A stretch of 64,000 nt of DNA from NCBI GenBank assembly GCA_030390025.1, contig CM059432.1, positions 122,514,001 through 122,578,000 on the forward strand, in the 5' to 3' direction. Source of the stretch: Squalus acanthias. Its lineage: Eukaryota. Under the pieces are notes generated by a model that was not told where the DNA came from, made no database searches, and was given only the letters and a program-made list of their open reading frames with translations. A program made the position numbers and the translations under genes. Within the stretch, counting starts at the first letter, position 1. Each line of letters starts with the position of its first letter. This document shows, piece by piece, positions 11,191-24,652 of the stretch.

Positions 11191-12990
11191 ATGGAGTCGA
11201 GATGAGCAAAGGCTGCGCCCCGCTTCAGCAACGCCTCCCGGGATGTGCTGCTGGGGCTGCAAGGACACAGAGGGAGATACTGTTCCCTAGTGACGGGAGG
11301 AAGAAGCCTGGTGCAGACACAAAAAAGGCATGGTTGGAGGTTGCCCAGGAGGTCAGCAGCAGAAGCGTGGTGCCACACTCCTAGGTCCAATGCAGGAAGT
11401 GATTCAATGACCTCAGCAGGGCAGGAAAGGTGAGAGCAATGGCACATTGCCCTACATCCTGATGTATCACCCAAACCCCCTCATTCTGCCTTCTCAAGCC
11501 TACTCCAGCACATCACTCCTCACACCAACTTACCTTGCAGGTGCACCCATCCCTCTCTGTCTATGGACTTACTCACATCCCCATCTATCCATCCACCACT
11601 GGCACTCACCTTCATCCTTATGCAATATCATGCCTCTCCCTCATAGTCACCCTCAACAAATGCTTGCCATTCATCAGGTGAACACATTACTCTCACTCAT
11701 AGGTCTCTTCTTTCCATCCTTGCAGGAGAAGAGAGCACAGAACATGAGGGAGAGGGAGAGAACCGGAGGTAGCCCTCCATCCATCTTGCAACTGACAGCT
11801 GCAGAGGATGAGGCGCTGGAGATCAGCGGAGTCTCGGCGTGCCTGGCCATTGGAGATGGGGAGATGGGGGCCTCCCAGCTACTTGGTGACAGAATTAAAT
11901 ATCAGGCAGCCACAGGGCATATAACACTCAGTTATGTTGACTTGACTGAAATATGATCATGTGCTTAATGATGGCTTCAAGCATTCTTACCGTGACATTA
12001 CTCATTCATGTCTTTTATCTCCCATAGGGGCTTCCCATGTCCAGCAGGAGTTGGTTGAGGTCGCCCATGATGACGACGACTCCTCAGAGAAGCTCACTCC
12101 CTCTGAGGGGGCACCATCACAGGACTTAGGCAGACCATGCACCAGCTCAAATATTTGCAATCCGGTGGGACTAGTTAGAGACATAGTTGGGTTTTCACAT
12201 GGTGACTTGCACTTCACAAATGAGCAAGAGTAGATGGTGAAATCAGGGACAGCAGTGGAGAGTCCATGTCAGAGGGCACAGGCAGCTGTAAGCTCTGTTC
12301 AGCTGGACACAAATGCTAGGGCCGTCGATGAAGAGGATACTTCTTGAGTAGCAGTGGAGAATGTGCAATGTACTGGCAGGCATTCCAAGCACACTGTGCA
12401 TGATTGCAGAGAAATTGGTGGAGTCCATCTCAAGTATTAATGGCACGATGTCGCAGGCCTTTGCGATGATTTCTTCTTCCATGGAAAGAGTGGCCAACTG
12501 CATTGAGTATCAAATGCGGCAATGACACGAGTGCATGCAGGCCTTCAACAATGGCTTGAACACTCTGAATGCCACCTTAAACAGGGTGAACGATACTCTA
12601 GCCTTGGCCTTTCAGTGCCCCACTGATCTGCAGCAAAGTGCTCTCCAGCTCAGTGCTAGCAGTGAAGTGGGGCTGGGCCATGAGAGGAATGATGGTGAAA
12701 GGGGACATGGAAGTGGGGACTCGGCTCAAAGTGCTTCCACTTCTCACCCATTGCCACCCCCACCCAGTCAGTACCCCACACGCTGCCTTGTGTCCCGATG
12801 GTCGAATCTGCCCCTGCACAGGTGCAGGTGGGGCAGTCTTTGACAGGGCCCTCGTGGGCTTCAAAACCCAGAGGACGTCGGCCAAGAGCAACTCAACAGT
12901 AAGAGCAGAGATGTGAGCAGCCTGCCTCTACCTCTGCTGAAGCCACAGGTGTTGCACCATGTAGAAAAGTGCTCGGAAAAGGAAGAGTAA
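11191..12990 (+). pseudogene. Decayed Harbinger Myb/SANT-like gene (exons near 11191-11429, 11726-11887, 12028-12990)
   Basis: APRFS...REILFPSDGRKK...AWLEVAQEVSSRSVV...FNDL and EKRAQNMRERERTGG motifs, with stops and frameshifts. Confidence 0.8.
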
Positions 12991-13499
12991 AGCTTTGTAG
13001 TTGCACAAGGGTATGTACATGGGCGTGTTAGATTGTTCAGTTTCTGTTGTCTGTTTCAAGCACATAAATATTATTCTTTTGCACCACTTTCCCGTCTTGC
13101 CTACTTTTGGTTGCTGGTTGGCAAGTGGCCTTTTCAGTTGTGTGATGATGAATGGGAAGACATACATTGACGGTGAGCAATGGGGGGCTGTGTAAGGGAT
13201 GCTTGGTTGTTTGCAGGACTGCTTTATGTTGGTGACATTGGAGGGAGGGGGGCAAAGGTGGTTTTTGCATGTGCATGTTCATTGACACATCTGGTGGTGA
13301 TATGGCATCCATGATATCACTCCTGGGCCTCATTCCTTGGGTTTCTGAGAGTTGTCATCAGCCACGTTTTAAGTGGGTATCCCTTGTCTCCGGGTAACTC
13401 TGCTTCCAGGTTCGAAGAGATCAAGGAGGATGGGCTGCCGCAGGACAAAAGCGTCATCGCAGCTGCCCAGCAATCTTGCGCACACCTGCGTAAAGATCT

Positions 13500-14145
13500 T
13501 TTTGTGGTTTACACCAGCTGAACATTGATGGAATGGAAGCCTTTGCAGATGATGAATACTCCTGGGTGATCTGGGTGTGCCTTAATTGCCACATGCGTGC
13601 AGTCGATGATGCCCTGCACCTGTGGGAAGCCAAAGCCGAGCGCCCGCTCGTTCTGACTGGCATCATCGCAGGCAAAGTTGACATAATTGGCGGCCCTGGC
13701 GAACAAGCCATCAGTCACCTGTCTTATGCATTTGTGTGCTGCCGACTGGGAGATCTTGAAAAAGTCTCCAGCAGAACCGTGGAAGGATCCAGAGGCAAAA
13801 AGGTTGAGGCTGGTGGTGACTTTGACAGCCACTGGTAAAGCGTGGCCACTAGGTCCAGTTGGCAGCAGGTCTTGTTCCAGCAGGCTGCAAATGTCTGCCA
13901 CCACCTGGCGCGACAACCTGAGCCTCCTGGTCTTCAGACATGTCGAGGAAGCTTATCCTCTGCCTGTAGACCCTGTGTGCTGGGTATGGCCTCCTGCGAG
14001 CTGCACCTCTCTGCTGATCCCCTCTCTCCTGTGGAGCTGCTGGTCTGTAAGCAGCAGGCTGTTGCTGGTGCTGCTCCTGCTGTTGCTGCTGGTCATCTTG
14101 GTCCTCATCTGAGGTCCAATCTAAGGCAGCGTAATCTGCACCCAT
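13500..14145 (-). pseudogene. Truncated Harbinger transposase
   Basis: PAHRVYRQRISFLDMSE...ALPVAVKVT...FPQVQGIIDCTHVAI...KGFHSINVQLV, then a stop. The C-terminal catalytic half is absent. Confidence 0.85.
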
Positions 14146-15907
14146 GCTGATCTCATAGATCTGAGCTCCAAAGTGCAGATCAGACTTCCAAACCTCCAAA
14201 GTCTGTAAAGTAGCCTCTCAGCACAAGTATTGCGATCAAACCCTTTCCCACAAGCAGGTAAGGAAGCAACTATGAGTACAGAGTAATTATTGGCATATTT
14301 CCTGTCATGGCTTCAGCCCCCTCAATTGCCGTTGTGTTCCTGCCTTGCTTTCACTGGCGAGTTCAGGAAGCCCGGGAAACCCATGCGTGGACCCAAAGTT
14401 AAAGTGGAAAACCAATGACAATATCGCTCTAATTGAGTGATTAACAGATGGTAATTGACAACCCGTCATTCCCAAGGGAATACGCAGCCTAACGCGCTCG
14501 AGTGAAATATGGAAGTCAGCGGGTTGGAGCCGGCTTCCTGATGCTCTGTCAATTTCTTTGGTTTTATGATCCCACCCACACCCAAACCTACACATTCCTC
14601 CATGTTAATATTCAGCCCAAAGAGAGGGAAAGATAGATAGGATTAAGAGAGAGTGAAAAAAAAGAGACAGAAAGGAAAGATAAAAAGAAAATGTAAAAAT
14701 TTTGTGAATTTGACATTTTTAAAATCTCTAACAACAAATGACTATATGCAGGACTGAGATTGAATAGTTTTAATTGATTCCTTTTTGGGCCAGAGATTTT
14801 GATTGGGATTGCATTAACAATTATCACATTGTTAAAAAGGTACTTATGTTCTTAATTACCAGACTTAACAGGTCATTAAAAAGGTACTTACATTCTTAAT
14901 TACCAGACTGAACTTTCTGTGGCAAGTTTAATGGACAATTAATGTGCAAATCCAGCAAATTCTTAAAAATGATGGGCAGGCTAAGGGCGCGATGCCGTCT
15001 GTGCGAAGCAAACGGCGGAGTGACGCAAATCGACCAGCAAGTTCTAGAGATTCACAATTTATGGCTTATCTCTTAATCCCCTTGAACTTGCTGACTGTTC
15101 TGCACATTAATAACAGCGTGCGTCATTAACACACCGTAATATTTTCAGCAAGGTCCGGACTAATATGTTTCCTGATTACGAAGAAGGAAATGAAGTTAAT
15201 TGAAGTAAGTTAGATTTTATTACAACTTTGTATGTTTACTTGTTGTCTGTATAAATAAAGTGACCTAATATTTAGCATTTGGTCTTCTCTCACTAAAGTG
15301 TGAATCAGTCCACTTAGCGAAAGACTGGAAAAGCACACAAGGTCACTTGTAAAGAACACAATATCTGGTTCAGATCACAAGGGGGTCCTATTGTTACACC
15401 CTGGATTACGATTTTATATGATTAGATATTGGGTAGTATGGGCGCAGTCCTGAACATATGGGAGTGACCAGTACCACTGAACCCAAGAGAATATCTAAAG
15501 CTACCCAAAATTTGTCACACTAGCCTTCAAACAACAAAAGCTCCAGCTGATAGCAATTCAATACGCATTACACAAACCAAGGTGCTTCACAATCCAAACT
15601 GGCATATTCTGGGTTAAATAAAAGGACTTCTCTCGCTCTCTCTCTCTCTTTCATACACACACGCATGGATAATATAGCCAAATATTTGACTGGTTAACAT
15701 CTTTGTGAATAAAAACATTGGGCTCACTTACCCAGCTCAGATATAGTGCCCATGATGTTCAATAGACCGTCTTCCTCAACCACTTGCTAAAAATCTGGTA
15801 TCCATAAATAATTTAATAATAAAAAGGAGGAAGAGGATACTAAACTATAAACATATACATAACATAAATAGATAAATGATGGGATAGCTGAGACCCATTG
15901 ATCAGGG

Positions 15908-16615
15908 CAGTGGGTCTCAAACCTCTTTGGTTGAAGGACCCCCTTTTCAAATGGATCAGTAATCACCGACCCCCCATCTAAATTATTGTTGCCCCCTTGT
16001 ATTGATACTGTACCAGGATCTTCTGACAATGAATTGCAATATAGCTATGGTGACATTTACAAAACTGGAACCCCTCAAGTATGTATTTATGAAATGATAG
16101 TGATTTTAAAGCATTGATTTTTTTTAAATCACACATACAATGGTTATTCAGTGTATTCAAGTGCTGCCCAGATTACTATGCCAGATTTGCTCCTTGGCCA
16201 GCCCTTGACTATGGACAGATCTAATGTAATGTATGTCCAACTTACTCTGTTACCTTTGGCCGTATCCTGGTTCTGCTGCAGCCGGCTGGTAGTCAGGACA
16301 GGATCTTTATTTACAGTCGGTCGGTTCCTCTCCGAACAGCTGGGCCTGCGCTTTACCGCCTCCGACTCCAGTTGCTGGCGGTGGCATTGCGGCCGCCGCT
16401 GGCCCGCAGTCTTTTTCCCTCCCTCCTTCTCTTCTTCCTGCAGCGCAAAGCCACTGCTGTCGCCGCCACGGTAACCATTCAACGCCCTATTCAGCAGCAC
16501 CCAGCCGCTCCGCACCGGCTCGCTCTCCACCACCGATTGAGCTTTTTCTCGCCGTTCCCCTGGAAAGTCTCTACAGACCCCCAGGAGTCCCCGGATCCCA
16601 GTTTGAGAACCACTG
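15908..16615. mobile_element. hAT-like non-autonomous DNA transposon
   Basis: TIRs CAGTGGGTCTCAAAC / GTTTGAGAACCACTG with a degenerate 8-bp flank. Confidence 0.65.
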
Positions 16616-16729
16616 GATTAGATCACCCCTTAAACTCCTCATCTGCAGGGACTACAAGCCAGGTTTACCCAGTCTCTCATTACAGCCAGAGGTCGTGGTG
16701 GGAACCAATGACATAGGAAGAAAAAGTGT

Positions 16730-17510
16730 CCTGTCCTGCAGTCAGAATTTCAGGAGATCAGGAGGAAATTAAAAAGCAGGACCTCCAAGGTAGTAATCTC
16801 TGGAATACTCCCAGTGCCACACGCTAGTGAGTATAAGAACAGTAGGATAACAGAGGTTAAAGCGTGGCGAGAGAAATGGTGCAGGAGGGAGGACCTCAGA
16901 TTCCTGGGGTATTGGGACCAGTTCTGGGGCAGGAACAACCAGTTTAAGGTGGACGGGTTGCACCTCAACAGGGCTGGGACCAATGTTCTCGCGGGAAGGT
17001 TAACTAGTGTTGTGGAGGGTTTAAACTAATTTGGTAGGGGTATGGGTACCATGATGAAACATTAGAGAGGAGAAACAAGGTGCACAGAAGACTGGGAGAG
17101 ACAAATGGCACTAGACTAAAGAATAGTTCAGAAATAGGAGGAATCAGACAGGGGACAAATACAAAGCAATCTAAGATGGGTTTGGAGTACATGTGAATAA
17201 GGGCATGTAGCATGGTAAATAAAGTTGGTGAGCTGCAGGTACAAGTCACCACATGGGATGATGATATAGTGGCAATAAAAGAGACCTGGCTCAAAGAAAG
17301 GCAGGATTGGGAACTTAATATTCCTGGCTACAAAGTATTCAGGAAAGATAGGGAAGGAATAAAAGGAGGGGGGGTGGTGGCAGTATTGATCAAAGAGAGG
17401 GATGATGTAATTGAGGGGTCAAAGACAGAAACTATTTGGTTAGAATTAAGGAACAATAGAGGAGCTATTACGCTACTGGGTGTATACTATAGGCCACTAA
17501 ATCCATGCTG
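16730..17510 (+). pseudogene. CR1 LINE fragment: ORF1 SGNH esterase C-terminus and start of the ORF2 APE endonuclease
   Basis: KWCRREDLRFLGYW...DGLHLNRAGT, then DIVAIKETWL...IPGYKVFRKDR...GVYYRP. Confidence 0.85.
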
Positions 17511-17544
17511 AAAATCATGGGCTCCAAGCTCTGTGCAATGTAAA

Positions 17545-17953
17545 TAGAAGCATAGAAGATAGGAGCAGGAGTAGGCCATATGGCCCCTCGAGCCTGCTCC
17601 GCCATTTAATGAGATCATGGCTGATCATCCAAATTCAGTACCCTGTCCCTGCTTTCTCCCCATATCCCTTGATCCCTTTAGCCTTAAGAAATATATCCAT
17701 CTCCTTCTTGAATATATTTAATGAATTGGCCTCAACTGCCTTCTGTGGTAGAGAATTCCACAGGTTCACCACTCTCTGGGTGAAGAAATTCCTCCTCATC
17801 TCAGTCCTAAATGGCTTACCCCTTATCCTTAGACTGTGACCTCTGGTTCTGGACTCTCCCGCCATCGGGAACATCCTTCCTGCATCTAGTCTGTCTAGTC
17901 CTGTTAGAATTTTATAAGTTTCAATGAGATCCCCTCTCATTCTTCTAAACTCT
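17545..17953 (-). mobile_element. CR1 LINE 3' end
   Basis: LEFRRMRGDLIETYKIL...TRGHSLRI...RRNFFTQRVVNLWNSLP plus the CR1 3' UTR. Confidence 0.9.
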
Positions 17954-19490
17954 AGCTTGGTGCTGGACTCCTCCATGCTCCTTGACATTGCACTCAGGCT
18001 TTCTGGCAGGCCTGCCAATGCACCAAGCATTTCATTGTGCATACCCATCAGCGTTCTTCTGTAGGCCGCCCCATCGAAGTCCTCATCTGAGTCCTCTGCA
18101 ATAGAACCCATGTGCGAACTCGCCATCCAAGGAGCTGGCACCTGAGCTATCCTTTCCCCCTGCCCTGGCTGCAAGCCACTCGTGCCCGGTGTCTCACCAC
18201 GTGCAGATCTCATGTCTAAGCTATCCTCTAAAGTACGTGGTGGAGTCTCACTATCTGAGCTGATAGCTGGGAGTGTGAAATCGAGTGACGGTGCTGTTCT
18301 GCATGCCTTGTTCCTCTTCCATTTCCTGCTCCTCCACCACTGCCTGGCCAGGTGGCAGTTCTTGGCTATCTTAAAGGAGAAAGGCACAAGGGTAAGGTTG
18401 TAGTGAGGGGAGGGGGGTAAGCAAGAGGTGCATGCTTACATCATGTGCAGCTATAAATCAGAAGAGGGCTGTATTGTTTCAGCCCCGCCGCTGGCCACGG
18501 GCTCAGCAATGGCCCTCCTAATAATGGCCAGCACCGTCTCCTCTATTGGGGCCAGGTTATGCAGGCACACCTGTGCCCCTTCGGGTAGCCCCTGCGGGTA
18601 GCCCCTGCTGCCTCCAGCATAAGCCATATTGTCCTGCAAGAGAAAGGGAAGTATGTCACTGAGTGTGGTGCAATGTGTTTGGGCGATGTGCCTGTCATGG
18701 TTGAATAGATGACAGTGTGTGCAAGCTGTGAGATGTGGGTGTGAGGCTTGCAGCAGTGGTAAGTGTGTGAGGGTGGGTGAAGCTATGAATGTGAGGTATG
18801 AGTCATGTTTGGTAGAGATTGTTGGTAGGTGAGTGATGGGGTTGTGTTGCATTGAGCAGTGTGTGAGGCGAGTGGTGCAGATGGTGGGATATGAAGATGA
18901 ATTCACTGACCTTGACCACTCATGTGAGGTCACTAAACTTCTTCCTGTACTGCATCCAGGTCCTCGGGGATACACTACTGGCATTGACCTCGACGGCTAT
19001 GTGCTCCCATTGCCTTTTCCGAATTTGCCTGGAGGGCCTCCTGGACCCCTGTGGAAACAGGACCTCTCTCCTCCTGTCCACCTCCTGCACCAAGGCCTCC
19101 AGTGCTGCATCTGAAAACCTTGGAACATGCTCTCTCCCCTGTTGTGCCAACAGTACTACTTCTTCATGCTCACACTCTGTTCCCCAGCCAGTTGACCACT
19201 CATGTGACATATCTGCTGCAGCCAGAATGCACCTCCCCTTTAAGAGGCGCAGAGTGCCTTTAAGACATGCAGGCAAGCTTTAATTGGTGCTAGCCTCGCA
19301 TGAACTTGGGCCCCTTGCTGAGCGTGCAGCCACTCAGCAGCGCATTCAGCGCTGGGCTGCACACCACAGTCATGTTACTCAGCAGGCAGCACCAAGTTAG
19401 CGTGCTGCCTGCATTACTTTGAACGGGCATGGGTTGATCCCGCATCGCGATCCCCGCGCCCATTTTCGGGGGCAATCGAATTTCTAGTCC
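17954..19490 (-). mobile_element. Partial Harbinger transposon carrying a decayed Myb/SANT gene
   Basis: PRFSDAALEALVQEVDRRREVLFP...YRKKFSDLT and a terminal GAATTTCTAGTCC at 19478-19490. Confidence 0.8.
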
Positions 19491-19747
19491 ACTGTTTCCA
19501 GTGGCAGAAGGGTCGGTAACCAGAGGACACAGATTTAAGGTGATTGGCAAAAGAACCAGAGGCGACATGAGGAAACATTTCTTATGCAGCGAGTTGTTGT
19601 GATCTGGAATGCACTGCCTGAAAGGGTGGTGGGAGCAGATTCAATAGTAACTTTCAAGAGGGAATTGGATAAATACTTGAAGGGGAAAAAATTACAGGCC
19701 TATGAGGAAAGAGCAGGGGAGTGGGACAAATTGGATAGCTCTACCAA
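19491..19747 (+). mobile_element. CR1 LINE 3' fragment
   Basis: QRVVVIWNALPERVV...FKRELDKYL, related to copies at 20840 and 31770. Confidence 0.8.
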
Positions 19748-20097
19748 AGATTTTGCTGATTTATCAGCTAAAATAATCAAAGCTGCAGTCAATTTTTGGA
19801 AAGACTAGATTTTATCCTTTACAATTCTATTAATAAGCACTACTCGTGAGAACATCCTAACACAATTACCACACAATTTTATAGTACAGCCAGCAGTAAA
19901 GCACAAATAGTGGGTAAGAACAAATTTTAAACTACTATATGTAATGGAGTCAAAGGTATATACAAAACTAATTTCATGCATTGAAAACTGGTCGATGATA
20001 TGTGTTGACTGAATGTAGTCTTTGGCCCATTAACTCTCCTAAATGAGGAGCTGGATGAATATCTGGCTGGCAAGGACTAAAAGCTGTAAGGATCAGT

Positions 20098-20825
20098 GGG
20101 GGAAAAATTCATTAGCGACCATTTTGGGTCGCTAGCATCGTCTGGGTGCTCGATCGCTAAATTCAGTTTTAGCGCCCCAAGACGGAGGTGGAGCACTAAT
20201 TCAAGCGCTCCACTTCCTTCTTAGAGCGCTAACCCCGAATATCGGGGCGGTGTGTTCTACAGCGCTACGCACTGGGCCACGTAGCGCTGCTGCATGGAAG
20301 GGCACTTCCCCTCATTAAAGGGGAGGGCCCAAGCCTACAACTCTGCGGGGCCCTACCTGGCCCACCGGGGAGTGGGGTGCCGTGCCAGCAGCCCAGCACA
20401 CGAGGAGTGCTGGGCTGCCAGATCGCGGCACGGACCCGGCGTTGAAAGACACAACGGGCCACGACAAGTAAGTTGGACGATTTATTTTCCCCCCGCCCGC
20501 CACCTCCCCTTTACTTAGTGCACCGCGAGCCTCCTGCCGCTCCGTTCCCGCCCCCTGAATCGGTCGCTGTCATCGGCCAGCGCAGATTTAGGGGGCGCGG
20601 GCCAACTTTGCAGGCGGGGCAAAAACGGGGCGCTGCGCACCGTGACGACGTCGTCATTGCCTGCGCAGCGGTGCGGGGCGCTACCGGTTGCCGCCACCGT
20701 TAAACTCCCGCTGAATTTAGCGGGAGTTGTTAGCGGCACCGTGCCCGGGTGAAAATTTGTTTGTGCCCCGTTAGCATCCCCCAGAGGTGCTAATGGGCGG
20801 CGCAAATGCACCGAATTTCTAGCCC
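20098..20825. mobile_element. GC-rich Harbinger MITE
   Basis: Ends GGGGGAAAAATTC / GAATTTCTAGCCC, 3-bp TSD AGT, TAGCGC subterminal repeats as in 1851-2160. Confidence 0.75.
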
Positions 20826-20839
20826 AGTAAGATAAAGAT

Positions 20840-21250
20840 GTGGAGAATTATGTGGAGAGACTAGAGGAGCTGGGATTGTTCTCCCTGGAGCAGAGAAAGT
20901 TAAGGGAAGATTTAAGGGGTTTGATAGAGTAGATAGGGAGAAACTGTTTCCACTGGAGGAAGGTCAATAACCAGAGGACACAGACTTAAGGTAATTGGCA
21001 AAAAATCCAGGGTGGAAATTAGGAGAATTTTTTTTTTACGCAGCGAGCTGTTGTGATCTGGAATGCACTGCCTGAAAGGGTGGTGGAAGCAGATTCAACA
21101 TTAACTTTCAAAGGGGAATTGGATATATAGTTGAAAAGGAGAAATTTGCAGGGCTATGGGGAAAGAGCAGGGGGAGTGGGACTAATTGGATAGCTCTTTC
21201 AAAGAGCCGGCACAGGCACAATGGGCCGAACGGCCTCCTTCTGTGCCGTA
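20840..21250 (+). mobile_element. CR1 LINE 3' fragment
   Basis: Similar to the other CR1 3' ends, including the ATGGGCCGAACGGCCTCCTTCTGTGC tail motif. Confidence 0.8.
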
Positions 21251-21779
21251 AGGTCAAATGGGCTACGGAACACAGTGGTTTGTGAGTGGCTGAGACCACA
21301 TAAAAGTCGCATCACATAAAAACAAATTGTCAAAGGTGAATGATGCGGGTTGAGAAATAATATTCCGAGAAAGGGGAGAAGCAAGGTGGAACACTGCCAA
21401 ATTCTCTCGCAACAAATGAGGTACATAAAGTATACAATAGGGCTAATTACATGTGTTCTGTGGCAGACAAGATCCCGATGAGCTAGCCTTCTCTCCTTCC
21501 ATTTCTTTGTTCTGCATTAGAAATCTCGTTATAATACAGTGTGCGGAGTGCTGAATGTCCAGCTGTTGGTTTTGGCAGCCTTGAGATTTGGATATTCACG
21601 AAAACAAAGCCTGAGCCTGATAAACACAAGCCAATTCCCGAGATCATCAAGAAAACACAAAAAACATTCTCTGCGGCCCCCACCCCCAACACTACTGAGA
21701 AACACAGAGCCCCACGCCAGACCACTAGCAGCTGAAAAAAAAGGAAAGGGTTTTTTTTTTAAATGAAGCAGAAATTTCT

Positions 21780-22350
21780 CGAGGAATAGAATACAGAAGC
21801 CGGGAGGTAATGTTAAATTTATATAGAACTTGGTTAGACCGCACTTGGAGTATTGTGTGCAGTTCTGGTCTTCATACTACACAGAGTATATTCAAGCACT
21901 GGAGAATGTGCAGATAAGATTTACAAGAGATGCTGCCAAAATTGAGAGAATGCAACTATCAGGGAAGATTGAGCAGGAAAAGAGAAGAGTAAGAGGAGGC
22001 CTGATAGAAGGCTTTCGATTGGATGGATGTGGAAAAATTGTTTCAACTTGTTGGTGAGTCTAGAACAAGGGGGCATAATTAGAAGATAACCACCAACAGA
22101 CCAAATAAAGAAGTGAGGGGAATTTCTTTACACAGAGTGCTGAGAATATGGAACCTGCTGCCACATGAAGTGGTTGAAGCAGACAGCATTGATGTATTGA
22201 AGAGGAGGTTTGGTGCATCCATGAGGAAGAAGAGAATAGAGGGATATGGGGGCGGAATGGGAAGAGGTAATTAGAGTGGGAGGAGACTCATGTGGAGTAT
22301 AAACGCTGGCATAGGCCAAATGGTCCTTTTCTGTGCTATAAATTCTATGT
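21780..22350 (+). mobile_element. Old CR1 LINE 3' fragment
   Basis: VRPHLEYCVQFWS motif and a decayed tail. A related inverted copy lies at 39750-39970. Confidence 0.75.
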
Positions 22351-22629
22351 AAAAAGCTCATGCATATAAATGGGACTACTAGACGTAGTTGTGCCATACA
22401 GATCGCTGAAGGCCCAGATTCGATCCCTAGTCTCTGCTGAGTCAGCCTAGGCAGCAATAGAGGCACTGTAACTGGATTCAGTTTCCATGGGCTGGGGAGT
22501 GTGGGGGGTGGGGGAAATTTCTCAGGGTTCTCACACCTGATAACAATCCAGCAACCCGCACTGGAATTGGACTCGTGTGTAATTTGGGATGAGGATAGGA
22601 TTGGGCTTGGCCTCAATACCCCCCTCTTT

Positions 22630-23040
22630 ATGGGACTCCAGGGACTTGAGCACATAAATCTAGGCTGACACTCCAGTGCAGTGCTGAGGGAATGCTGCAC
22701 TGTCAGAGGTGCCGCCTTTCAGATGAGACATTAAACCAAGGTCCCGTCTGCTCTCTCAGGTGGACGTAAAAGATCCCATGGCACTATTTTGAAGAAGAGC
22801 AGGGGAGTTATCCCCGGTGTCCTGGCCAATATTTATCCCTCAATCAACATAACAAAAACAGATTATCTGGTCATTTTCACATTGCTGTTTGTGGGAGCTT
22901 GCTGTGTGCAAATTGGCTGCCTCGTTTCCCACATTACAACAGTGACTACACTCCAAAAAAGTACTTAATTGGCTGTAAAGCACTTCGAGACGTCCAGTGG
23001 TCGTGAAAGACGCTATATAAATGCAAGTCTTTCTTTCTTT
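22630..23040 (+). mobile_element. LF-SINE-like SINE with an L2-type tail
   Basis: AAAGATCCCATGGCACTATTTTGAAGAAGAGCAGGGGAGTTATCCCCGGTGTCCTGGCCAA core and GCTATATAAATGCAAGTCTTTC tail. Confidence 0.75.
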
Positions 23041-23808
23041 CTATCTCCCATGCTCAAGTTGCGGCTTAAACAGGAATCAGGGCCATGAACGGGTATCCAG
23101 TGAAGAATCAAAGCATTAAGAAAAAGAGGGAAAGGGAGAAAACTGGCAGCTAAAAAGAGGCGCCTAACAAATAAGTATTTTAAATATATGAAAGTAATTG
23201 CCATGATAATAGAAACCAATTAAAGCAACATATTAAAATAACAGTGCACATGTGCTGCTATTCTGTTTATAGGGACAGGGGTGTCTCAATCTAAAGTGTT
23301 TGAATTGGACTAAATTCAGGTATTCAGAGAAGTTGAACTGGCATCCTTCAGGTCCCATTGTATTGAGAATTTTATTTGGCATTCATCCTTCAAAGGGTAA
23401 CCTTCCTCTTTATCTCCTCATTGCAGAGATATTGTACTCTCATGCCATTCAATAAACCAGCATTAATTATATTCTCCTTTCAAAACACAAGTTTGTTTGT
23501 TTTGTACCATGGAGCATCTACAGATATTTAGTCTATTTCACAAAGTTCATGCTGCCAAGATAAAACTAAAAGTCTGCACAACCACAGAAGATATCATTCT
23601 CACAATTTTGTTTTTATTCTGGTGAAGTTCAATGTGAGAGTGAATCCAAAGATTAACTCCAAAAGACCAGATTCTGACTCTTTAGATCACCTTATATAGA
23701 AATATGAACCCAATCTTTAAATCGGAGTCCTCAATTGGAACAACCTGCAATATTCTACCCAATTTCTGTCCTGTAAAAAATGCTGCCAGACATGTACAGA
23801 GGAACTAA

Positions 23809-24652
23809 GGGCTGGATTTTGTCAGCCCCGAGGAGGCGGGTATGGAGGCGGGACTGCCGGTAAAGTTGCAGAATTTGGGGGAGGGTGGCAAACCCGCCCC
23901 CATCCCGCCTCCGTGCGCTCGTGCCAGGAGGCAGGAAGCCATCCTGCCCCGGGTCCCATCTCCTCGAGGCGGGAGAGGGTTTAAAGCATATTAACTGCCT
24001 GTTAACAGGTAGTTAACAGGCAGAAAATAGGATTATCCCCATTTTTCGTTTCGATGTGCAGGCTTCCCGACCTCGGGGATCCCCGCCAGGGTGTAGGAGG
24101 TGAGTAGGAGGTCTGCGGGGGTCAGAGGGGTCTGAAAATGCGATGTAGAGGTGAGTGATGGGTGCAAGTGTGGAGTGGTAAGTATGTGAGGTGAGTGTAA
24201 AGTGTTAGAAAATGTTCACTTACCTTTGTTTCTGCCTACAGCCGTCAGCCGCTGTGGAGCCGGAGTCCCGACATCTCCATTGTAGATATCACAGACTGGC
24301 TGTTGGATCCTCCGACCCAACAGCCAGGTGATTTCTGCAAAGTTGAAAGGTTTGATGAGTCCTGAACACAAGAGCTATCAAACTACACAGAATGTCAGTG
24401 TTTGACAGCTTCACAGAGCTCTCAAACGATTACATTTCTTCTTTCAAAAGTTCGTGACAGATGGCACGTCATACATTGACGTGCTCTGTCACTGACTTCC
24501 CCCTAATTGGCCTGCTGAGCCCGCTGGGCGGGCTTAACAAGGTCAATCAGGGGAAGATCCCGCTGGTTGGCCAGAAGCTGATGGAGGCGGGATTGAAAGC
24601 CGGCAAGCAGCAGTCCTGCCTCCAAAAGCTTCCCATTGACAAAATCCAGCCC
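23809..24652. mobile_element. Harbinger (Tourist-like) MITE
   Basis: Perfect 16-bp TIRs GGGCTGGATTTTGTCA / TGACAAAATCCAGCCC with a TAA target duplication. Confidence 0.92.

Larger units (their letters stand above)
10924..14618. mobile_element. Degenerate PIF/Harbinger transposon nested in an older MITE-like element (~10635-15160)
   Basis: Ends GGCCTGGATTTT / AATATTCAGCCC with AAA on both flanks. Contains decayed Myb/SANT (+) and transposase (-) genes. Confidence 0.8.

Noticed and set aside
17635..18387. 250-aa chimeric ORF
   Set aside because: Chance in-frame junction of a Harbinger Myb/SANT exon with a CR1 3' end.
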